A stretch of DNA of 64,000 nt from the IMG/VR virus record IMGVR_UViG_3300045988_023742, positions 37,448 to 101,447 of that record; one strand, given 5' to 3'. The position numbers were made by a program, and so were the translations under genes. The notes under the pieces were generated by a model. The model was given only the letters and a program-made list of their open reading frames with translations, had not been told where the DNA came from and ran no database searches. Positions 36,037-43,026 of this stretch are shown here, piece by piece. The stretch comes from a virus. Position 1 is the stretch's first letter; the number at the start of each line of letters is the position of its first letter.

Positions 36037-36699
36037 TTAGTAGCCACTAATAATTTCAAAGTCTACCATATCACCATACTTGGCTTCAGTGATAAGCATA
36101 CCAAAGTACTTTCCAAGATGCTGAGCAATCTCTTTATTTGCACAACCTAGGAACCCGATATTAGCATTAGCATCACCCACACCATTGCTAGAGTTGAAGT
36201 AACCCAAGCCAGCATTACCACCATTATAAGCGTAGCCACCAAGAACATTATATTCTTCCCCTTCACTCTTAATCTTGCCTATTACCTCTATTTTACCTGA
36301 GTTAATCTCACTCTTATAGTAAGTAGAACTCTTAGTTACAAATGGATTGTAAGGATAATAGATGTAAGAGTCTTCTGGGTCTTTTGTGAGATGCAAATCC
36401 TGACCTAAGTTAAGAGCTTTTCTGATGATGTTTAACTTGAACATAGCAGCAGATGCTTTACTAATTGTGGCTATGTTGTTAGCATTAATAAGACATAACA
36501 TATAATCAAGATTAAGAGCCATACAAGCCTTCTTAAAAGTTGTAATGCTCTTAAAGTTATATGTCAACTCATCTTTGTCAAAGGCTTGAAGTGCAATCTC
36601 TTTGAGTGTTGCATTTCCACTGTTGAACCACTCTTTAGCCTTATTAAGAGTGACAGTTACATTTCTTTCTTTCATGTTATTTATATTAATTAATCCCAA
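36037..36699 (-). CDS. hypothetical protein
   Basis: 220-aa ORF with a Gly/Asn-rich segment. Confidence 0.45.
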   Translation of the reverse strand: MGLININNMKERNVTVTLNKAKEWFNSGNATLKEIALQAFDKDELTYNFKSITTFKKACMALNLDYMLCLINANNIATISKASAAMFKLNIIRKALNLGQDLHLTKDPEDSYIYYPYNPFVTKSSTYYKSEINSGKIEVIGKIKSEGEEYNVLGGYAYNGGNAGLGYFNSSNGVGDANANIGFLGCANKEIAQHLGKYFGMLITEAKYGDMVDFEIISGY

Positions 36700-36875
36700 A
36701 TATACGCTTCATACTCACATCTAAGCTCCATTTCAGCTTGCTTAGCTTCTTCAAGATATATACTTAAGAAGTGTGAACATTCATCAAAACTTTCAATGTT
36801 TCCATCAAATTCAATGTACAACCATTGTTCACAGTATCTTACTGCTGATTGTTGCTTTTCAGTTGACTTTCTCAT
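36690..36875 (-). CDS. hypothetical protein
   Basis: 61-aa ORF overlapping the next gene's start. Confidence 0.35.
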   Translation of the reverse strand: MRKSTEKQQSAVRYCEQWLYIEFDGNIESFDECSHFLSIYLEEAKQAEMELRCEYEAYIWD

Positions 36876-36976
36876 TAGTTCTAGATATTAGATATTCCTC
36901 AAAGATATTCCCTATTACAGGTCTATCCTTGAGAAATATTGTTCTACTTCAATCCTATTAGCTTTTTGATTCTAGC

Positions 36977-37258
36977 CTATAGTGTATTCTTCTCTGGCTG
37001 AACAGTAGAACTTCCACTATTCTTTCTGTTCTTATAGATAGTCTTAGGACCTACTGCTAAGAAACTTACACCCAATTTAGCTGGATTATTTGCAGGAGCT
37101 ATAACTTGATACCAATGTATATAACAGGCATTACTTGTTCTACCTTCAAGCTTAGTTGCAGCATATCTGCAAGCTTCTTTAATGTTATGAGGATTAGCTG
37201 TAATAGCCTGGACTAGAATATTATTCTCCTCATCAGTCCATCTTTTCTTTGTTATCAT
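36977..37258 (-). CDS. SANT/Myb-like DNA-binding protein
   Basis: KRWTDEENNIL...KLEGRTSNACYIHWYQ fits the Myb repeat W-T-x-E-E-D..L....GRT..QC..RW. Confidence 0.55.
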   Translation of the reverse strand: MITKKRWTDEENNILVQAITANPHNIKEACRYAATKLEGRTSNACYIHWYQVIAPANNPAKLGVSFLAVGPKTIYKNRKNSGSSTVQPEKNTL

Positions 37259-37296
37259 ACTCTTGTTTGCTTTATTATTCTTATTTCTTGTTTTTG

Positions 37297-37368
37297 TGCC
37301 CTTAGTAAGACTCGAACTTACATTCCAAGTTTAGGAAACTTGTGCTCTATCCATTGAACTATAAGGAC
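37297..37368 (-). tRNA. tRNA-Arg(CCU)
   Basis: Minus-strand cloverleaf. Acceptor GTCCTTA/TAAGGGC, anticodon loop TTCCTAA. Confidence 0.8.
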
Positions 37369-37499
37369 AGTTGGGGCTTTTTATTCTTCAAGTGTGTGCC
37401 CTCTTCTATTCCTTCTTCACACTTATGGCTATAGAAGTAACTAGCTAGCTTAGTACTTTAGATTCACCATACTCTTTACACTTTGCAACCCTCAAAGTG

Positions 37500-37679
37500 T
37501 CAGTTAGAAAACAATGCTATTACATCTTCAAAAGTATATTCAACCTTATTTAAATCTAGTGATTTAGTAGGTTTAATAACCTTTGAAGACTCTTTATTGT
37601 ATTCTCTAGCAACAACATCAACCTCTTCATCTAATAAAGAATGGTTTATTGCAAAGTAATATAGTTCTTTAATTGTCAT
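37500..37679 (-). CDS. small hypothetical protein (59 aa) between tRNA genes
   Basis: Hand-translated MTIKELYYFAINHSLLDEEVDVVAREYNKESSK.... A stop-proximal hairpin follows at 37478-37500. Confidence 0.35.
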   Translation of the reverse strand: MTIKELYYFAINHSLLDEEVDVVAREYNKESSKVIKPTKSLDLNKVEYTFEDVIALFSN

Positions 37680-37694
37680 AACTATTAACTTTTG

Positions 37695-37768
37695 TGCATC
37701 CAGTGAGACTCGAACTCACAACCCACAGCTTAGAAGGCTGTTGCTCTAATCCATTGAGCTATGGATGC
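37695..37768 (-). tRNA. tRNA-Arg(UCU), second copy
   Basis: Acceptor GCATCCA/TGGATGC, anticodon arm ACAGC-CTTCTAA-GCTGT. Confidence 0.8.
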
Positions 37769-37833
37769 TTCAATTAGATTATTTCTAAACCATGTATGTT
37801 ACAGTATTTATCAGCTAGCTCTCTTAATGCAAG

Positions 37834-37907
37834 TGGGTCAATAGGGACTTGAACCCTAAACCTTCACATTATGAGTGTGCTGCTCTAACCACTTGAGCTA
37901 TAGACCC
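37834..37907 (-). tRNA. tRNA-Met/Ile2(CAU)
   Basis: Anticodon loop CTCATAA, T-arm TAGGG-TTCAAGT-CCCTA. Confidence 0.75.
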
Positions 37908-37974
37908 TAAATGCTATTACTTCACAGTAATAGCACATCCTAAAAACAATCTTTAACCTTATAATAACTAAAAC

Positions 37975-38214
37975 CTAATCTTTATCTAGTTTAAGTGTCT
38001 TATTAAATAGATTATAACCAGACACTATCTTGTACTCTTCTTTAGTAATAGTATAGAAACAAGCTAAAATGAGCATAATATTTAATACTATCATACCAAA
38101 GAACCAACCATAACCTTTGTATGCAATACTATCTATACCACAAACAGAGAGTATTACTATGAGTGCTGAAACCCATAGTAATATACCTTTGAGAATTAAC
38201 TTAATACTTTTCAT
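37975..38214 (-). CDS. membrane protein
   Basis: 79 aa with two TM helices. Confidence 0.4.
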   Translation of the reverse strand: MKSIKLILKGILLWVSALIVILSVCGIDSIAYKGYGWFFGMIVLNIMLILACFYTITKEEYKIVSGYNLFNKTLKLDKD

Positions 38215-38510
38215 GATTTCTTAAAGTTTAATTCTTTCTGTATTTGCTCTTTTACCTCTTTTGAGAGGTATTGCTTGTAGTCTTTTCCAGTCTTTGCAGA
38301 CTTTCTATTGATATATACTGCACCACTCTTGGTAATATAGATAGGATATTTATTACCTTTCTTATCTTCCCAAGTATATTTAGTTTGCTGTCCTTCACTC
38401 TTTGTAGTTTGAGTAGTTGTAGACTTAAAAGTATTACCTTCTCTTGCTACTTGAGCATAGCTTGTACAGCTTAATAAAGCCATAAACAAGCAGAAAATGA
38501 GCTTTTTCAT
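38211..38510 (-). CDS. secreted/lipoprotein-like small protein
   Basis: Signal peptide MKKLIFCLFMALLSCTSYAQ. Confidence 0.45.
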   Translation of the reverse strand: MKKLIFCLFMALLSCTSYAQVAREGNTFKSTTTQTTKSEGQQTKYTWEDKKGNKYPIYITKSGAVYINRKSAKTGKDYKQYLSKEVKEQIQKELNFKKS

Positions 38511-38725
38511 TATTTATTTTGCTGATTTTTACTTTCCATTATGATGTAAATTACAAGCCAAAAGACTATATTTGCACCAATGATTACTGTTGTATCTTCC
38601 ATTGTTTCAGTAAAAATAGTTATGAATAACCATTTAACTTTTGCTTTTGCTTAGGAGAGAAAGGCAATAAGGTAGGGAGAGATATAGTCAACCTCTCCTA
38701 CCTATTACCTTATGACTTCAAAGCA

Positions 38726-39010
38726 TTAAGCCTCAACTCTGAAGATGTCAGACTCACCTGACTTCTCAAGAGTGAGAAGCTTAGCAGATGCCAAGTCAAT
38801 AGAATCACCTACTGCCTTAGCTGAGTTCTGTGACAGTGGGATGAATGTCTGTCCACCACCTACCATAGTAAAGCAAACTGAATTGCCATACTGTGATGCC
38901 ACTACTACTGCTGATGCAACTGCTGCAACTTCCTCTGGTGAGAAAGCTCGTGAAGACTTAAGATTCCACTTACCAGCATACACTCTCAATGAACTAAAGA
39001 TATTAGCCAT
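38726..39010 (-). CDS. hypothetical protein, paralog A of tandem pair
   Basis: MANIFSSLRVYAGKW...QYGNSVCFTMVGGG...LEKSGESDIFRV is clearly alignable with ORF 39474-39755. Confidence 0.55.
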   Translation of the reverse strand: MANIFSSLRVYAGKWNLKSSRAFSPEEVAAVASAVVVASQYGNSVCFTMVGGGQTFIPLSQNSAKAVGDSIDLASAKLLTLEKSGESDIFRVEA

Positions 39011-39057
39011 ATTATTTCACCTATGCCCTTAGGATTTATTTTGGTATCTAGCACACC

Positions 39058-39083
39058 TGTTGTTTGTTGAATGTTGTTTGTTG
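39058..39083. repeat. tandem 12-mer TGTTGTTTGTTG x2 separated by AA
   Basis: Copies at 39058-39069 and 39072-39083 are identical. Confidence 0.8.
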
Positions 39084-39117
39084 TATAACCCCAATGCCCT
39101 TGGGGTTGTCAGTAGCC

Positions 39118-39135
39118 AAGGAGGAGTAATTAGCC
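39118..39135. repeat. 18-nt perfect direct repeat, copy 1
   Basis: AAGGAGGAGTAATTAGCC, identical to 39196-39213. Confidence 0.85.
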
Positions 39136-39195
39136 AAAGAGATAAGAAATATATAATATCTTTTGGCAATGACTTACTTCGCCTTGTCAAGAGCA

Positions 39196-39213
39196 AAGGA
39201 GGAGTAATTAGCC
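39196..39213. repeat. 18-nt perfect direct repeat, copy 2
   Basis: AAGGAGGAGTAATTAGCC. Confidence 0.85.
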
Positions 39214-39420
39214 TAACTTAATACACATTGCAATTAGCTCCTTGCTACTACCTTTCCCTTACCTTTATCTCTTTGCTTTTGGCTCTTGCTTCTGCCTCCC
39301 ATTCCCTTGATAAGAAAGAAAAGAACCAAAAGAAAGAATTAATCCTAACTATAACTATTATTTTCTTTATATATTTCTTTTCTTTATATTACTTTCTTTT
39401 CTTGCTTCTATCTAAGGGGA

Positions 39421-39459
39421 GAAAAAAGAAAGGGCAAGAAGACTAATGTCTTCTCACCC
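39421..39459 (-). terminator. rho-independent terminator after paralog B
   Basis: GGGTGAGAAGAC-ATTA-GTCTTCTTGCCC followed by TTTCTTTTTTC on the minus strand. Confidence 0.6.
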
Positions 39460-39473
39460 AAAGATGCTAACTA

Positions 39474-39755
39474 TTATATAGTAACTCTATAAATGTCAGC
39501 TTCACCACTCTTCTCAAGAGTAGTGAGTTTAGCCTTAGTGAGGTCTATAACCTCACCAGTAGCACAGTTAGAGTTCTGGTCAAGTGGAATATAAGTTAAT
39601 CCACCACCAACCATAGTGAACTGAACTGAGTTACCATACTGTGATGGTACTACTACAGCCTGAGAAACCTGTGAGATTTCCTCATCAGTAAAGTTTCTAG
39701 TCTCTTTAACAGACCACTTACCAGCATAAACACGAAGATTACTAAAGATATTCAT
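39474..39755 (-). CDS. hypothetical protein, paralog B of tandem pair
   Basis: MNIFSNLRVYAGKW...QYGNSVQFTMVGGG...LEKSGEADIYRV. Start trimmed to the Met that aligns with paralog A. Confidence 0.55.
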   Translation of the reverse strand: MNIFSNLRVYAGKWSVKETRNFTDEEISQVSQAVVVPSQYGNSVQFTMVGGGLTYIPLDQNSNCATGEVIDLTKAKLTTLEKSGEADIYRVTI

Positions 39756-39825
39756 AATAAAATGACGGTTCACCTAAGCACCGTAAGGTTCAAAGTTAAT
39801 ATTAAAGTTCAAGAAGAGAGGAGGA

Positions 39826-40074
39826 TTAATTAGCCTCCTGAAAGAGAGAGTCTAGTTTAGCTCTAGACTCATAATAATTATGAGGGTCAAAAGCATCAAC
39901 CCAATCATACTGAGCATCAAGAGTGTCAAGCAACTCCTCAGTGTGCTTATTATAAGAATCATAAGCATCAATGAGTTCATTATTTTCTCTTACAGTGATG
40001 TTTTGGCACACCAAAAAGCCTGCACAAAATGCTACTATAGCAGCAAGTGTGCAAAGTACTAGTGACTTTCTCAT
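39826..40074 (-). CDS. membrane-anchored small protein
   Basis: 82 aa with an N-terminal TM helix. Confidence 0.4.
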   Translation of the reverse strand: MRKSLVLCTLAAIVAFCAGFLVCQNITVRENNELIDAYDSYNKHTEELLDTLDAQYDWVDAFDPHNYYESRAKLDSLFQEAN

Positions 40075-40215
40075 TTACTTTAAATTAATGGTTTTAGTGT
40101 TCAATCTCTTAAGATATTCATCATACTTCTGAGCCTCTTCCTTATTAACGGGAAGCTCCTCATAAACACCATCAGACACATAAACTCTAGTAACAAATCT
40201 ATCAAAGATATTCAT
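40075..40215 (-). CDS. small hypothetical protein (46 aa)
   Basis: Hand-translated MNIFDRFVTRVYVSDG.... Shares the MNIF..(R)VY N-terminus with the paralog pair. Its stop abuts the next ATG. Confidence 0.3.
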   Translation of the reverse strand: MNIFDRFVTRVYVSDGVYEELPVNKEEAQKYDEYLKRLNTKTINLK

Positions 40216-40280
40216 TTTAATAATATTTTAGTTAATAATTAAATCAAAGTAGAAGGAGGAGATATTAGCTTCTCCAATAT

Positions 40281-40457
40281 TTATTTAAAGTTTAAGTCAT
40301 ACTCCTCTTCAGTGAGGATTTCTTCTGCTAGACTGACTGCTTCTGTAACAGGCATATCATAGCACTGCTTGACTTCATTCCAAGTTCCATACTCTTCTGT
40401 GATGTGTCTCAAGAGACTTAGACCATGCTTGGTCTTCAAGAAATTGTTTGTTTTCAT
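40281..40457 (-). CDS. hypothetical protein (58 aa, start trimmed to MKTNNF)
   Basis: The N-terminal extension of the listed ORF runs into the G-rich intergenic island. Confidence 0.35.
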   Translation of the reverse strand: MKTNNFLKTKHGLSLLRHITEEYGTWNEVKQCYDMPVTEAVSLAEEILTEEEYDLNFK

Positions 40458-40641
40458 TTGTCTTGTATTTAAAAAGTGAAACAATGTGACAAGAGCCAGG
40501 GGAGTGACCCAAGTCAAGCAAGGGGGAGGGGTGGTTAGCTGGTATTATCAACCACTTCTATAAATACCAAACTTCAAAAAAAATTTCAGAAAATTTTTCT
40601 CAAAGTACCTCTAAACATAAATAATTTACTTATAGTATGAA

Positions 40642-40691
40642 AAAAGTTACTGAAAAATTTGGTAGTTTCAAATATTATTTGTACCTTTGCA
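40642..40691 (+). promoter_or_regulatory. Bacteroidota-type promoter cassette, copy 1 (tRNA array)
   Basis: TTTG 40658-40661, 20 nt, TACCTTTG 40682-40689. About 41 of 50 nt identical to 42890-42939 by my count. Confidence 0.65.
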
Positions 40692-40707
40692 CTCAGTTAA
40701 TAAACAA

Positions 40708-40779
40708 TGCCTCTTAGTGTAATGGTTAGCACACAAGTTTTTGGCACTTAGAGTAGGGGTTCAAATCCTCTAGGGGCAA
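40708..40779 (+). tRNA. tRNA-Gln(UUG)
   Basis: Cloverleaf by eye. Anticodon loop TTTTGGC, T-loop TTCAAAT. Confidence 0.75.
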
Positions 40780-40852
40780 CTAGAAAGTTAGTTGTTTGTT
40801 TGTTGTTTATATTGATTAACCTCCTTAATCTGTGAAGATGAAAGAGGTGCAT

Positions 40853-40924
40853 AGAGCTATCATCTAGTGGTAAGGATGCAAGGTTTTCAACCTTGTCACA
40901 GGGGTTCAAATCCCCTTGGCTCTA
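40853..40924 (+). tRNA. tRNA-Glu(UUC)
   Basis: Acceptor AGAGCTA/TGGCTCT, anticodon arm CAAGG-TTTTCAA-CCTTG. Confidence 0.8.
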
Positions 40925-40930
40925 CTATAT

Positions 40931-41003
40931 AGGCTATGTGGTGTGATGGTTTGCATATCACACTGTCAATGTGAATGATAGGGTTCAATTCCCTCATAGT
41001 CTG
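40931..41003 (+). tRNA. tRNA-Asp(GUC)
   Basis: Anticodon arm TCACA-CTGTCAA-TGTGA. Ends uncertain by +/-1 nt. Confidence 0.7.
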
Positions 41004-41007
41004 CAAT

Positions 41008-41098
41008 GGAGGTTTAAGCCTAATTGGTAAGGCAGTAGTCCTGAAAACTACTAGTAATCACTAATAGTGATGTGCAAGTTCGAGTCTTGTAGCCTCCT
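41008..41098 (+). tRNA. tRNA-Ser(UGA), class II
   Basis: Long variable arm (ATCACT/AGTGAT). Anticodon loop reads CCTGAAA, i.e. C at position 33. Confidence 0.65.
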
Positions 41099-41102
41099 CA
41101 AT

Positions 41103-41186
41103 GGAGAGTAAATCCTAGAGGTCTAGGAACCAATCTGCTAAATTGTGTGCTAATTAATAAGTGTATTTCGAGTATACTTCTCTCCG
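41103..41186 (+). tRNA. tRNA-Ser(GCU), class II
   Basis: Anticodon loop CTGCTAA, long variable region, T-loop TTCGAGT. Confidence 0.65.
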
Positions 41187-41193
41187 CTTTAAT

Positions 41194-41266
41194 ATAGTAG
41201 TAATGCAATAGGTAGCATACTGCATTTGGGATGCAGTAGTTGTAGGTTCAAGTCATATCTACTATA
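41194..41266 (+). tRNA. tRNA-Pro(UGG)
   Basis: Acceptor ATAGTAG/CTACTAT, anticodon arm CTGCA-TTTGGGA-TGCAG. Confidence 0.8.
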
Positions 41267-41270
41267 CTAT

Positions 41271-41344
41271 GGGGCAAGTGATGTAATTGGCTAACATACT
41301 TCCTTTGCAAGGAAGAATTAAGGGTTCAAGTCCCTCTTGCTCCA
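41271..41344 (+). tRNA. tRNA-Ala(UGC)
   Basis: Anticodon arm CTTCC-TTTGCAA-GGAAG, T-loop TTCAAGT. Confidence 0.75.
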
Positions 41345-41404
41345 CACTAACTATAGTGATAGTTAAGTTGATAATTCACATTATTAACTCTAAATTATAT
41401 TGAT

Positions 41405-41509
41405 ATGAAAAAGATTTTATCTTTAATTAAGAAAGGTGTAAATGCTTATTTAAATGCTTTGGCTAAATGTCCTTACACACCATCAGGAACTATTCCAGTA
41501 GGAATCTAG
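41405..41509 (+). CDS. small ORF (34 aa) inside tRNA array
   Basis: MKKILSLIKKGVNAYLNALAKCPYTPSGTIPVGI. Its stop is embedded in a GGAACTATTCC/GGAATCTAGTTCC hairpin. Confidence 0.2.
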   Translation: MKKILSLIKKGVNAYLNALAKCPYTPSGTIPVGI

Positions 41510-41544
41510 TTCCTTTGATGTAGAGTTGATAATATAATATATTT

Positions 41545-41618
41545 GGGTCCTTAGCTCAATAGGTTAGAGCAATTGACTGTTAATCAATAGGTTGTGGGTT
41601 CAAGTCCCACAGGTCCCG
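41545..41618 (+). tRNA. tRNA-Asn(GUU)
   Basis: Anticodon arm ATTGA-CTGTTAA-TCAAT, T-arm GTGGG-TTCAAGT-CCCAC. Confidence 0.8.
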
Positions 41619-41625
41619 CATAAAT

Positions 41626-41697
41626 GGGTAGATAGTTTAATGGTAAAACCCTAGTCTCCAAAACTAGAAGATGTGAGTTCGAGTCTTACTCTATCTG
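41626..41697 (+). tRNA. tRNA-Trp(CCA)
   Basis: Anticodon arm CTAGT-CTCCAAA-ACTAG, D-arm GTTT/AAAC. Confidence 0.8.
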
Positions 41698-41701
41698 CAA
41701 T

Positions 41702-41774
41702 GGGAAAGTAGCAAAGATGGTCTATGCAGAGGACTGAAAATCCTTGGATGTAAGTTAGATTCTTACCTTTCCCA
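41702..41774 (+). tRNA. tRNA-Phe(GAA)
   Basis: Acceptor GGGAAAG/CTTTCCC, anticodon loop CTGAAAA. Confidence 0.8.
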
Positions 41775-41779
41775 CATAA

Positions 41780-41853
41780 GGGTATATAACTCAGTTGGTT
41801 AGAGTACTTGACTGATATTCAAGAAGTCATAGGTTCAAATCCTATTATACCCA
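41780..41853 (+). tRNA. tRNA-Ile(GAU)
   Basis: Acceptor GGGTATA/TATACCC, anticodon loop CTGATAT. Confidence 0.8.
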
Positions 41854-41855
41854 CT

Positions 41856-41928
41856 GTGTTAGTAGCTCAATTGGCAGAGCAAAGGTTTGTGGTTCCTTAG
41901 GTTGTGGGTTCAAATCCCATCTAACACC
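41856..41928 (+). tRNA. tRNA-His(GUG)
   Basis: Acceptor GTGTTAG/CTAACAC, anticodon loop TTGTGGT. Confidence 0.75.
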
Positions 41929-41947
41929 CTAATTATGTATATATAAT

Positions 41948-42253
41948 ATGGTAGTAACAGACAACACTATAATAGAATCAGCTACTCCAAAGTATCCTGA
42001 ATTAATGAGTTCAGATGCTGAAGATAAGCTAAAGAAAGCTTTCTACAATCTAAGAGAAAGTAAATCTAAACTATCTAAACTTCGTATGGAAGTAATAGAA
42101 TTAGAGACAAAAGTTAAGAAAGAAGAAGAGTCATATAGGAATATATCTGACCTATTTGAAATAACATTTGCTAAGAAAGAAATACAAGAAATAAAGAATA
42201 CAGTTAATATGGGGATTATTAATCCAAGTGACTATAGAAATACTAATATATAA
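41948..42253 (+). CDS. hypothetical protein (coiled-coil)
   Basis: 101-aa ORF embedded between tRNA sub-clusters. Confidence 0.45.
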   Translation: MVVTDNTIIESATPKYPELMSSDAEDKLKKAFYNLRESKSKLSKLRMEVIELETKVKKEEESYRNISDLFEITFAKKEIQEIKNTVNMGIINPSDYRNTNI

Positions 42254-42254
42254 T

Positions 42255-42485
42255 ATGTGGTTATTGGAAAGTAATAGACCTAAACATCTACTCTATGCAA
42301 TACCTTCAGCCTTCATAGGTACTATATTATTCAGTACTGGTTTAGCTTTTGGTATGGAGTTTAAAGACAAACAATATGGTGGTAAGTTTGATTGGATTGA
42401 TATAGCTGCCACAGAAATAGGTGGATTAATAGGTCAATCTTTGCAGATTATCTTTATTCTAGTACTAAAGAATCTACTAGTATAA
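42255..42485 (+). CDS. small membrane protein
   Basis: Start moved to the ATG right after the upstream stop (MWLLESNRPK...). Two hydrophobic helices. Confidence 0.4.
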   Translation: MWLLESNRPKHLLYAIPSAFIGTILFSTGLAFGMEFKDKQYGGKFDWIDIAATEIGGLIGQSLQIIFILVLKNLLV

Positions 42486-42493
42486 ATAATGAT

Positions 42494-42579
42494 GCCTCCA
42501 TGTTGGAATAGGTATACAAGAGGCACTTAAAATGCCTTGAGCAGTAATGCTCATGTGGGTTCAAGTCCCACTGGAGGTA
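42494..42579 (+). tRNA. tRNA-Leu(UAA), class II
   Basis: Anticodon arm AGGCA-CTTAAAA-TGCCT, variable arm GAGCA-GTAA-TGCTC. Confidence 0.8.
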
Positions 42580-42584
42580 CTTAT

Positions 42585-42656
42585 GCTTCCTTAGTTCAAT
42601 GGATAGAACAAGACACTTCTAATGTTTAAATGAAAGTTCGATTCTTTCAGGAAGTA
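42585..42656 (+). tRNA. tRNA-Arg(UCU)
   Basis: Acceptor GCTTCCT/AGGAAGT, anticodon loop CTTCTAA. Confidence 0.8.
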
Positions 42657-42792
42657 CCTAATAAAGCTATAAATTCTAGAATAATGTAGCAACGTAACTC
42701 TTAGGGTTTCTGAGTATAAAATACTTGTAGAGTAAGACTAGTCCCTTTTGGATGTCGTAGAATCCACCTTTAGCCAAGGGAGTTGGCTATAT

Positions 42793-42874
42793 ACCCTCTT
42801 GATGGAATGGTAGACATAAAGGTCTTAGAAGCCTTGACCATAATGGTGTAAGAGTTCGAGTCTCTTAGGGGGTA
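42793..42874 (+). tRNA. tRNA-Leu(UAG), class II
   Basis: Anticodon arm AAGGT-CTTAGAA-GCCTT, variable arm ACCA-TAA-TGGT. Confidence 0.8.
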
Positions 42875-42889
42875 CTAAAAATAATTGTA

Positions 42890-42939
42890 AAAAGTTGCTA
42901 AAAAGTTTGGTAGTTTCAAATAAATTGCTTACCTTTGCA
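42890..42939 (+). promoter_or_regulatory. Bacteroidota-type promoter cassette, copy 2 (tRNA-Thr/Met)
   Basis: TTTG 42906-42909, 20 nt, TACCTTTG 42930-42937. Confidence 0.65.
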
Positions 42940-42951
42940 ACTGTTAAAGAT

Positions 42952-43024
42952 GGTCTTTTAGTATAAAGGTTTAGTATCCTTGCTTTGTAACCAAGGGATG
43001 TAAGTTCGAGTCTTACAGGGACCT
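42952..43024 (+). tRNA. tRNA-Thr(UGU)
   Basis: Acceptor GGTCTTT/AGGGACC, anticodon loop TTTGTAA. Confidence 0.75.
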
Positions 43025-43026
43025 CT

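Noticed and set aside
39228-39446. A 72-aa plus-strand ORF in the paralog spacer.
   Set aside because: It is translated from purine/pyrimidine-tract repeats, giving a low-complexity Phe/Leu/Lys product. It lies opposite to the local transcription direction and overlaps a minus-strand terminator.
40495-40545. A canonical G-quadruplex.
   Set aside because: Only three G-runs of 3 or more are present. The fourth run is GG.
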